NCBI GenBank assembly: GCA_050273025.1
Contig: CP158635.1
Span: 22,630,001 to 22,694,000, forward strand
Reading direction: 5' to 3'
Source of the DNA: Cenococcum geophilum
Lineage: Eukaryota
DNA length: 64,000 nucleotides
Every line of letters begins with the position of its first letter. The stretch's first letter is position 1. The notes beneath the pieces are model-generated. The model was given only the letters and a program-made list of their open reading frames with translations. It did no database searches and had not been told where the DNA came from. The translations under genes were made by a program, and so were the position numbers. This document shows positions 39,101 to 50,979 of the stretch, in pieces.

Positions 39101-42024
39101 ATAAATTAGCTTCTATAACATTTATTTAGTTTAGGTTAAAGTATTAAAGTATAGGCGCGGTAGTAAACATAACCTTTAAATAGGTAAAGGCCTTTTTATA
39201 TTCCTTAATAAAAATAAAGGCTTTATCCTTTTAGGTTAGAGCTATAAGGGGTAAAACTAGGGTAAAGAAGTTATTAATAAATTATTAGTAAAAATTGGTA
39301 AATTTTATAAAGGCTTTTACGTCCTTAACGTTCTTGGGTTCTTACTGGTTTATAATTACTCTAACTTTCTTTAGGTCTATTTATATACCATTTATAAAAA
39401 TAAAAGCCTAAAATATAGGACTTCTATTTTATAAAATTTATATTTATTTATATCTAATTATAGGCTAGCTCCTTATAGGGCTTATAGAATAAGGTTAACG
39501 TATTTTTAGTATTTGGTTAGGTTGTTACTATATATTAGTATATTATTAATATAAGTAATATAAAAGATATCTAGGTAGGGGTATAGGGTATTATTTATAT
39601 AATGCTAAAATAAGCTTAGGGCGTTTATAAGGCTAAATAGTATTACTAAGTACTTAAATAATTTATACCAAGTACAAAACGCGGTAAGCTATTTATCTTC
39701 TTTAGTAATATAGAGGCGGTTAAATATAAAGATAATATTAAGCTTTATATAATAGCAAGCCTTACTTAATTAATTTAGCGTCTTTTATATTAACGGAATT
39801 GGATATTAGTTCTTAATAGTAACGGCGTTAAAAGCTTAGTAGTCTATATAAAAGCGTAGACCTCTACTAGGTTTCTTAATAAAGATTACTAATATAGCTA
39901 TAGGCGAAGAGCTTACTCTAATAAACCATTTACTTAGGTTCTTGTCTAAATACTTCTATAGCACTTAGAGTTTATTTTAGGATATTTTATATAGGGGTCT
40001 AAACCTAGGTTACTTTCCTTCTTTAAGTATAATTTTATAGTTGTATAGTTAGTATTCCGGTAGCTTATTAGCTTCCTTTTATAAAAATATATTTAGGTAT
40101 TTATAGTACTCTATTAGTACCTTTATAGCAGGGTTAGTGTATTTTTTTAGTACTAAGGCCTTCTTAATATCGGCTATTGTAATAGTAAAGATCGTATATT
40201 TAGGTTTTTTAGCAAGTTATACTAGCGGGGTAGCTCCTATTATGCGGATATCTAGGGTATTAAGCTTGTTTAAGTCGTCTATAGTTTCTTATATAGCTTC
40301 TTATATAGCTTTAGGTTTAGTATTAAATATAGAGTTAGTATTAGATTTAGGTTTAGGTTCTTTAAGTACACTCTTTATAGTAGAGTACTAGTCCTTCTAG
40401 TATTTTTGTATAGTAAGCTTAAGCTTTTACTTAACGCGGGGTAGTATAGTACTTAGAGTCTATTTATAGGGTTTAGTAGAATTTTCAGATCCTTAATAGA
40501 TATTAGTAAAAGTCTTATATTAGTAGAATTCGGTAGAATTTAGTAGACTTCTTAAATATAGGGTAGACGTTAATAGAATTTTTAGACTAGTAGATCTTAG
40601 TAGATTTTTTATATTTAGGTTTTAGGTCTAAGCAGTAAGTTATATAGCACTTCTGCTTATAATAGGAAGCAGTAAATAGAAGCTTAAAGTTGTTCTAATT
40701 AATAGTTACCTTATATAGCTTTATCTAGGGTTATCTAAGAATTACTAAGCAATCTAAGGTGGTAATAAAAGGCCTAATTAGTTCTTTATAGTTTAGGTAT
40801 TAGAGTTTTAGGAATACTATATAGGTAATATAGCCTAAGACAATGCGTTTACTATTAAATCTAAATATATTAATATGCCGGTTAAGGGGGTTTAGGGTAA
40901 AACCATTATCTTATTAATAAATTCTATACCGCTAGCTCCTATATTAATTAAGACTTAAGCATTAACCTATTAATCGTTCTACTATAAACGATAGTTAACG
41001 GTTATGCTATAATCTTAAAGGTTAAAGTTTATAATATCTAAAGTATTTAATAAGATCTTAAAGCAGAGCCGTTTTGGAAAGCAACTTAGCTCTAAAATCT
41101 TCCTTTTAAAGGCAATTAGAGCGGAGTTCTTATAGTGTATTGGTTATAGCTTCATCCTTATAAGTAGTATTTACTAAATAATAAGTTAGAACTAAATAAT
41201 AATTAGGGTTAGTAAACGGGGCTTATTTAAGGCAATTAGTTACCTATATTAGTTATCCGTTTATATATTTAGGATAGCGGTACACTACCTATACTAGTTA
41301 TCCGTATATATATTTAGGGCAGCGAGATAAAGCAGTAGCTTAAGATATAAGCGTCGCTTCCACACTTAAAATAAAGGCTATGTTTAATGCGTTGTTTATA
41401 TTTAATAGACCCTTTTAGGGCGTAAAAAAGGGTTCTGGCGTTAATATTTATAGTATCTAAGTTCTTACGGGTCCTAGGCGGCTAAGGGGTAGAGTATTAA
41501 GGTATATATTTTAGGGTAAGGCGTAGTATATTATTATATAAGCCATTAATAATATTAGTATAGGCGGTAAGGGTATTTAGCAGCTTAACTCCTATAAGGG
41601 AAGCCTTTAGTTTAGAGTTTAGTAACTCTACTAGGTAATTAATTAAGGCTGGTTTATCCTATCTAGTCTCTTTAGTATAGTAGTGAAATTTGGCAAAGTA
41701 TAATGGAAAGCTCTTAAAGCCTTATATTATCTTATTTAGTTTTCTTTATACTATAGCAATTTAGTTAAGGTCGCTATAAAATACCTCTAGTATAGTAACT
41801 AGTTCTTCTATAATGCTTAGCTAAAATAGGTATATAGTTTCTACGGCGTCTTTTATTAGGCGGCTTATAGCGTAATATAACTAGCTATTAGGAGTAGGGT
41901 AGCAATTAATATTACTATTTAGCTTATTCTTAAGTTAGTTAAAAAAGGAGCGTAGTTTACTCCTTTACTTAAATAGGCGGGAGGATTAAGGAGATATTTA
42001 GTTACCTTTTTTTAGGGGCACTAG

Positions 42025-45000
42025 TATGAGGTAAGGATATAAATAGGGAGTCTAATAATAGAATAATAGGGTATATTGTATATATAGAGACGAATCCTTA
42101 AGGGAAAAGGAGGAGTCTGTGTGCGAGGTAGGAAGGGTTTTCCCTAGGTATGTGTAGCGCACGTGCCTTACGGGCGAGTTATCCCTAGGTTACTTTAGGG
42201 TCGCCTATACCTTACAGCTATATAACTATCTACTTAGGTTTTACCTAATAATGCCCCCCCCCCTTTAAAAAGGGTCGTCCCTAATCCTTTATATACTTAA
42301 GCCTTAATAAAACCCTATAAAAAACCTTAGTAAGGAAAAAATTTAAAGGGGAAAGAGCGTTTTAATTTTGTGTATAGAGAGACGGGTAGTACATATACGC
42401 GGCGCGAAGATGTTAAGGAACTTTAACCGGCGGTTAAAGTTGTTTAATTAGTTAGATTTACCTTATTAAGACTCCTCCGCATTTAACTAAGCTAGTAGTA
42501 ATTTTGTATACCTAATATAGAAAATCCTAATTGGTCTATTTAATAGGTAGAGCTAGTAGAGCTTAATACCGTCGCCTAAATTTAGTAGACTAGAAATATT
42601 CTAAAAGCTTACTTATATAGGTAGGTTGCTAGTACCTTGCGGGTTAGTTATAGATTATTCGCATATAGCCAGATTTATAGATAGTAAGGCTATATGCCTA
42701 TTAAATCTACCGCTGACCCTGCTTTAGCCTTATACTATACCGGTATAGTACTGTATATACTTTACGGGTAGGTTATAGGTTACTTATATATAGCTAGGTT
42801 TAGGATATCAAGGCTATATACCCGTTAAATCCGCTACTAACCTATATTTTAGCCTTGTGCATTATCTATATAGTATATATATAGAATAGTATAAGTTATT
42901 AGTATATGTTATCACTAGTGAGTTATTAGTAGGTTATAAACCCTAGTTAAATAGACCCTAGTTATAAATAGGCCTATTTTCTAATATATAAATAATCTGC
43001 TTAGCTAGTATAGAGTAATAAACTAGATCTAGGAAGGGTGCTTTCTAAATTAAGCTTTGTTGCCGGTATACGCCGTAGCCTCGCCTATAAGTCGCTAGCA
43101 TCGCCAGGTTGCGTTAGGGTGTGGCTTATATAGGATATTAATAAATTAAAACTTTACCCTATATGTATGCCGCAGTTTTTACAGTAATTGTTACTTATTC
43201 TTTAATCCCTTAGAACGTCCTTTGCTCCGCTTTAATACAGGTTATATTTTAATAGTAGCGCTTACTTTTTGCCTGCGCTTTAGCTATAAGGCTAAGGTGT
43301 TCCGCTTACGGTACTTATTTAGCAGTTATTAATAATTCTTAAGTTCTATCTCGTATTTCTATTTATTATACTTATTTAGCTATTCTAGCTATTTAATAAG
43401 GTACTATGGTTGTCTAGTATAATCCTAGTAGGTAATAATTACTTCTACTTCCTAGCTGCCTTCCTTAAGCTCTTCTACTACTACTAGGGGTTAAAACCTA
43501 AGGCGTAACCTATAAGGCTCTAGTAGGGAGATATAAAAGACTAGGTAGAGCTATACTATAGTAAGTAGGAGCTTTAAGATCTAAAACGGTCCTATAAACT
43601 TATAGTTAAGCTTTTTATAGGGACGTTTTGTGTGGATATTTTTAGAGGAAAGTAGGACTTGTTTATTAACGGCGAAGTGCTTAGCTAGGTAGTGACGATT
43701 ATAGTATTTTACCTAAAGCTTTTAGGTATACATTATTAACGCCGCCGTTGCCTTATATATAAGGCGTAGGCGTTATAAATACGTCTCTATAAGTTAGATA
43801 TTTATTAACTTAGACCCCTCCCTACCTTACTAGGCGTCTTAGACGCCACCTAGGACTCTATCTAGGACGTTTAGTAGCTAGCTATAGGCGAGCTTAATAG
43901 GGGAACGCTTTATTATAGTATGGACCTTAGAGTTATAGGTAAAGGCTATTTCTTTAAGTAGGGAGGCCTAATTAGACTGTTCCTAGTTTATAAATATATA
44001 TAGGTATACCTTAAGCTCCTAGTTCTAACACTCTATCTAACTATTTATCTGTAAATAAAATATAGTACTAAGTTTATGTTAAACGCGGAGATAGTAGTAT
44101 ATAGTGCTTTAGTACTCGCTTATAAATATACTACCCCTATTAGAGATAATATTATCTAAAGGCCCTATTTATATAAAGACTCTAAATAAGAGTTCTATAA
44201 GTTACGTAGCATTAATTATTTTACGCACTAGATAGTAGCGTACTAGCTTTATAAAACGGTCTATAAGGATAAAGATGGAGTTATACTCTACGCTATTAGG
44301 AGTTTTAGACTTTAGGAAATTTATAATAAAGTTAAGTAAATAATGCCGCTAGGCTTAGGTGGGGACCTAGAGAGGCTATAGCTTATTATAGGGTTTATAG
44401 TGGCGCGATTTAGAGCATTAGTAGGTATTATAATTATCTAGGTATTTACGGAGGTCCTAGGTAAGGCCATTCTAAGTATACTTCCGTATAATTACCTTAA
44501 AAGTATAGTTAAAAGTATAGTGACCGCCTATAGGATTATTATAATTCTGCTTAAGGATCTTCTATTATAGTAGTATATAATTTAGTACCTAGACCTTGTT
44601 ATTTTGCCTTAAAAGTCCTTAATTATTAAGGGTATAGTCCTTATTACTAGTAGGAACTTATTTTTAGGTTAACTAATTATATATAGAGCGTATAAAGGCG
44701 TCCCTTTTTTATACTCTATAAATAAAATTAACTAGTAACTTAGGGGGGTGTTCCATAAACGCCGTTTCAGCTAAGGTAGCTACTACTACCTTTTACTATA
44801 GTACGAGACTTTGCGTAAAGTTAGTGCTAGCGAAGTAACATATAATATATAGGTAACTTACTAGGTTGTTATAGGGGACTATAGCCTAGGCTAAGGGGTC
44901 TTCCCTAGGGTTAAGCGCTATTAGGTTAGTTAAAGTGGTTTTAAAGAGAATAGTAGGATACTCTAGTCCGCCGGCGCTAAGTTTATAAGGGTCGCTTATA

Positions 45001-48000
45001 TACTACACGCATACTACTTACTAGTTTAGTATAGTAGCACTAGGGCCGCCCATAAGGCCTATAACCCGTAACTTTTACTATAATATAGGCAGTATAGTAT
45101 TAAGGATTGTCTTCTTATTACTATCTTTAAAGTCTTTAGTATAATCTAGGCGCCAGGATAGTATATTAGTAGGATTTACTTTACCTAGCTTATATTTAAT
45201 CTTAAAATTAAACTTAGCTAGTTTTTTAGCGTATTAGGCCTAGCGAGTAGATAAGCTCTTAGTGGTTATAAAATACCTAAGATTATTATAATCGTAAAGT
45301 ACGCGCGTTATATACGCGGCGTGTTTAAGGTAGTGGCGCCATATCTTAAAGTATTGTACTATAGCAAGCAGTTCCTTATTATACGTATTATATCATATTT
45401 TTAGGCTAGTAAGTTTCTAATTATAATAGGCAATTAGGTGCTAGTGGAGTTAATCTCCCTATCCTAAGGGCTATAGAAGTATACCGCTATAGGTATAGTT
45501 AGAAGCGTTAGTAATTACTATTAAGGGTAGATTAGGGTTAAAGTAGCAAAGTAGCGGAGCCTATATAAATATAGCGCGTAGCTTATAAAACGCCTACTAA
45601 GCGTTATTAGGCCAGGACTAAGGTTAATACTATTTAATAGGCCCTTTTAACTTACGCTTCTACTTCTTCTCCCTATCTAATATTAGGTTATAATATACCT
45701 ATGCAAGATATATATATAGGGGGTATATAGTATCCAAGTAGTTCCAGATAAATTGCCTATAAAAGTTAGTAAAGCTAAGGAAGACTTAGATGTCCCTATA
45801 GGACTTAGGCTTAGGCCATTCCTTAATAGCTTTTATATAGTTAGGGTCTATTATAATACCCCTAGGGGTAATAATAAAGCCTAGGAACTTAACGTTCTTA
45901 GTATAAAAGATATATTTTAATAGTTTAGCATATAGGCCCTAAGCGCGGAGCTATTATAGTACCTACTTAACATGCTTAACGTGCTTATCCTTATTATTTA
46001 AGTAGATAAGAATATTATCTAGGTAAACTATATAAATAGTATCTACTAGGGTTTCTAGAGCTTTATAAATATAGCTCTAAAAAGTTATAGGGGCGTTAGT
46101 AAGACTAAAGGGCATTACTAGGTACTTAAAGTAATTATAACGTGTCTTAAATACAGTCTTCTATTTATCTCCCTTTTTAATATAAATCCTATAGTACGCA
46201 TTATAAAGATCTAGCTTTATAAATATCTTTATATAGCTAAGCCTATTAAAAAGCTCGCCGACTAGCGGTAGGGGGTACCGATTTTTAATTATAATCTTAT
46301 TTAGGCGTCTATAGTTAACGTATAGCCACATTATACCGTTTACTTTTAGCACAAATAGGATAGGCACTCTAGTAGGCGACTTACTGGGCCTAATTTAGCC
46401 CTTTTTAAGAGCACTGTCTAGGTACTTTTATAAGATCTATAACTCTTTCTATAAGAGGTTATAGAGGGGTATTTATGGTAATATTTTACCTTCTTCTAAG
46501 TTGATTATATAGTTATACTTAGAGTTCTACGGTAGCATACTTGCTAGCTTATTAAAAAAGACATTAATTTCCTCCTTATATATATTTGGTAAGCTAGGGG
46601 CTACGGAGGTCAAAGCGACTATTATATAGTAGTATACTTTTAGGAGCTAGTAAAGAAAAGGGTGCAGCTAATATACGTTTTATAGGTATACTCGCACTAA
46701 GAGTGTATATAGCTCTGCTATAGTATACTTAATAGTTTCAGGGTTTTAATTACCTTCCCCTTATATATAGGTAATCTATACCAGTACCAGAGGGTCTTTA
46801 TAGGTACTCGCTGCTAGTAACGGCAGGTCCTTTACTGTATTTATAACCGGTGTCTTTATATCTAAAGGGTCTACACGGGTACTTACTGCTAGTAATAATA
46901 GGTCCTCTATTATATTTATAACCGGCGTAAAAAAGGAGTCTTCTAACTATAGCGAATAGACTATTTTACCAGCCTTAATATCTGCTAGGAGAGCGTTAAG
47001 GGTAACTATCTAGAGGTATCTAGGGTCTAAAGTACCCTAGATAAACTATCTAAAACGGAAGCTAATTAATAGATCTACTTCCGCGAGCTAATCCTATCTA
47101 AGAATTATATTATAACTATTAAATAAGCTGCCCTAAAAGGTCTGCGGGCTAATAGTGCGAGAGGTACCCTAGGAGTTACTAGTAGTAACTATTAGATTAT
47201 AAGTATCCTAGATTATTATCCGGTTGCTATTAAGGAAATATATAATAGGTTTACGTAAATATAGCGCGTAGTGTATAGGTAGGTTAAACCTATAGACAAC
47301 GTCTTAATTAATAAGGTTAATTTAGTACCTATTGTTATATAAAGTACGTAGGCGGACTTTACCCTAGGGCGTATCCATCGCAATATATACCATAATGCGT
47401 TTCTTCTCTCCCTCTATATTAGGCCCTAGTTATAGTTAAAAGAGATACGCTACTAGGGCTTTAGGTTTTCCGAAGGCTAAGCTAACTTCTCTTTATTAGC
47501 CTGCTTCTAGTATTCCTTATAGTAGCTGCCTACGGTTCTTTAACTTACCTATATAGCACTAGCGACTAGGGGGTCCCCTAAGCCATCTAGCTTTTAGGTG
47601 GTCTCCCTAGGAGTTTACTTAGAAAAGCGTTGCTCTTTTTAGGTTCTATTTCCTAAGCCTAACTCTACGGAGCCTATACTGTAACCGCGCTTTATACGCG
47701 ATAATTTGCCGCTACTACTTACGCAATCTTCCGCGAGCTTTATAGTATTAAGTAATTGCTCTATATAGCGGATTTTGTTAAAGAGGTCTTTATTAGTTCT
47801 TACCTGTTAGGCAAAGTTCTAGTAAAAGAGCTTTGCTTATAGGTAGGCTAGGAGATATAAGAACTAAAAGTCTACCTATTATTTAGGATTAATAAAAGGG
47901 GTATAAGAGAAGAGGTACTTTAAGCTATATATACGGGCTAGGAAGACGTTAAACCTTTAGTTCTCCTTTATAACAGCCGTATAGTATATTATAGTGTTAT

Positions 48001-48929
48001 TAAAGCGGTTTACTATAGGGTTCCTAATCTGGTCTTAGACTATAGTTTTAAACTTATCCTATAGTAAAGGACCCTTACCCTTAATACCTAACTAGTAATA
48101 AACTAGTTGGGCGATTATCTTTTCTTTTATAAGACCTTTAATGGCCTAGCGCGTGCGTCGCTTATAGTTGTAGTTAGCGTTATTAACTTTAAATCGGTTC
48201 TTAACTATAGCAATTTGCCGGTTAAAATGCTATTAAGTAGTACTACTAATATTAGGTGGTAACTTCTTAACTAGGGCGTTAAGATTTAATCGGCGTATGC
48301 GTTTGCTATATAACTTATACTCTTTATTAGAGAGGCGATAAAAGGGCTTTATTAAATTAATAATGCTCCGTAAGTTAGCTATTTTCTTAGCTAGCTTATC
48401 TAGCTCCTTTATATTAGTGGTATTAGATAGAACGCTAATAACTTTACTAAGTTCCTATTAAGCCTAGGTATATAAGTTAAACTAGTCTCTAACGTTTATA
48501 GATATTTAATTATTTTAAGGTTTAGAAGGTGGCTTAGATGCTACTAGTATGCTTTTAGCGGTTTTATCTATACTAGATCTTAAGGCGTTCTGCGGTTATA
48601 TTGCTAGCGTATTACTATTAGGTATAGGCGTTAGTTTTCTTTTTAGAGGTATTATAGAAAAATTAAACCGGCTATCCTCTTAAGGGGATTAGTAAGGACT
48701 TAAATGTAAGGTAAGGATATAGATAGGGAGTTTAATAATAGAATAATAGGGTATATTATATATATAGAGACGAATCCTTAAGGAAAAGGAGGAGTCTATA
48801 TGCGAGGTAGGAAGGGTTTTCCCTAGGCATATATAGCGCACATGCCTTACGGGCGAGTTACCCCTAGGTTGCCCCAGGGTCGCCCATACCTTATAGCTAT
48901 ATAACTATTTACTCAGGTTTTACCTAATA
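42025..48929 (-). mobile_element. Chromoviral Ty3/gypsy element F (6905 bp) nested in gag of E
   Basis: LTRs 42025-42250 and 48705-48929. TSD actag (42020-42024, 48930-48934). PPT complement gcccccccccc at 42253. RT (ORF 46161-46367; 'YLDNILIY' ~46005-46030), RNase H, integrase, chromodomain (~43330-43450), ~1 kb 3' non-coding region. Confidence 0.95.
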
Positions 48930-50540
48930 ACTAGTTAGCAAATTTGGGGTTAAGCTAGTTTTAAATATGCTCTTTCTACCTAGTATTTATAGGTTAATAC
49001 CAGTAGGGGTAAGTAGGGGTAATAGTGTAGTAGATAGTGGGTTTCGGCGAATCTCTTTAATTTCTTTTTTTAGAGATTTAATTAACTTATAATATTAGGC
49101 TTTTTAATAGGCAAGGGTATTTATAAAAGCCTATTATAGAGTTTCTATTTATTTAGTAAATATAGTATATAGGTCTTTTATAAATATAGGGGCTTTTAGG
49201 TTATTTTATATGCTAGTTATAGCGGTATAAAGTATAGATTTAACGTAATATAGTATTATAGAGTAAGTATAAACGACGATAATATATAGCAAAGTAGATA
49301 TTATTAAGCTATATATATAAACTGTATAATAAAATTAAAACATTACGTAAGGAGAGAAGGTAAGAAAATAGGAAGAAAGGGTATATATTATTAGCTTAGT
49401 TACTTAGTTAATATATATATAGAGCAGAATAGGATTTAGGTAGTAATCCTAGCAGAACTTAGCAGTATTTAGTAAAACCTAGCGGAATATAGTAGAATAT
49501 AGCAGATTGCCGTTAGATTGCCGTAAATTGCTATTAGATTACTGTTTTGTGGTTAGTCTTTAGTTACTAAGTTAGTAGAAATAGGTAGACGTGCATAAGG
49601 TATTATAGGGATGTCCTATAACACCTACCCTATTTTACTAACTAAGCTTATATCCCCCCTTTTTATAAGCTGGCCTATATCTCTAACTATTAAGTCCTTA
49701 TATAACTAGCCTATATTTCCTCTAAAGCCTCCCCTATATATATATATATACGCATATATTAGGTTATATACACTACGCCTATTAAGGCCCTCCTATAAGT
49801 CGCCTATAAGTTAACTATAGATTAAATGCTATAGAGCTATTAAAGCTAGCCTATATTTCCACTACTTAGAGCTTTACCCGTATTTCTACCTTATTAAGCC
49901 GTCTAGTCACTATCGCGTCACTATCGTCTAGGTTGCGCGCACTATGCCTATTAAGACCCTCTTCTAAGTTACCTAGGTATACTAGATAGGCTCTTATAAA
50001 GGGGCCTTAATAAGTTTTATATAATTCTGCAATGCGTTAACCTTAACAAGTTCTTATAAAAAGAGGTTCCCTATACCCTCGCTACGTCCCTATAATTTTA
50101 GAGCTAGTATAAGCCTAAGGGTGTCCTATTATACGCCTAGGGCGTCTATATTAACTGGCTAGATAAGGCTAGTTTCAAGCTTAGCTATAAGCTAGGTAAT
50201 CGTATATTAGGTAAAGCATAATATTATATATATTGCAGTAATAAGCTAGCTTATAGTTATAAAATAAATATTGTTATTATTATTACATTTATTGCTATTA
50301 GGGTATTAAGACCCTAAAGGCCTCCTAGTAGGCTCCTAGTAGGCTTTTTAGCAGGCTTTTAGTAGGACTTTAATTTTCCTAGTTATCCAAATCGTCCTCC
50401 TAGCCTATTAAGTCCCTACTATATTCCTAATAGCCTCTATACGTACTTTTATATACCCCTTATATACCTAAATACTACCTTATTTTTTTACCCTTTTTTC
50501 CTTATATTCTTCCTACCTAGGGAGGTATTAGAACGGCAGC

Positions 50541-50710
50541 TAGTAGAGGACTATAGCTAAAACTAAATAACTGTTATTAGAACTAGACGACCGTCGCAGA
50601 ACTAGATAACTGTTATTAGAACTAGACGACCGTTGCCAGAACTAGACAATCGTCGCTAAAACTAGACGACTGTTACTAGAACTAGATAACGACCGTTCTA
50701 ATAACTAGCT
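50541..50710. repeat. 20-bp minisatellite (~7-8 copies, aactagacgaccgtcgc(c/t)ag)
   Basis: aacta(g/a) recurs at 50561, 50581, 50600, 50620, 50640, 50660, 50680. Confidence 0.9.
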
Positions 50711-50979
50711 AGCGAATATTATAAACGATTAAATCGATCGATTAAATCGAACTAGAGCCTTAATATTAGCCCGCTACTAAACTGAACTAAATTAAGGCCT
50801 TCTAGGGAGGTACCCTAGATAACTACTATTTAAATATATAGCCAGCTAACGCCTATAGAGAACAATTTGAACTAATATAATTAATCAATTAATTAAATTA
50901 ATTAGAGCCTTTAATTAGGCCGACCTTTTTCTTAAATTCTATAGATATATATAGACAGTAGGTATAAATAGGTAGGCAC

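Larger units (their letters stand above)
30200..49623 (-). mobile_element. Chromoviral Ty3/gypsy element E (~5.95 kb without its two nested inserts)
   Basis: 5' LTR 49254-49623; 3' LTR 30200-37129 split by the LINE. TSD cttac/cctac (30195-30199, 49624-49628). PPT complement gtaccccccc at 37130. Protease 'LINIGASG' (~40930-40955), RT 'YINNILIYS' (~39525-39555), RNase H, integrase, chromodomain (~37200-37340). Confidence 0.93.

Noticed and set aside
50581..50680. Resemblance of the 20-bp minisatellite (reverse complement gcgacggtcgtct) to the element C unit (gcgacgggtcgtct)
   Set aside because: Match of only ~13 bp with different unit lengths; probably coincidental.
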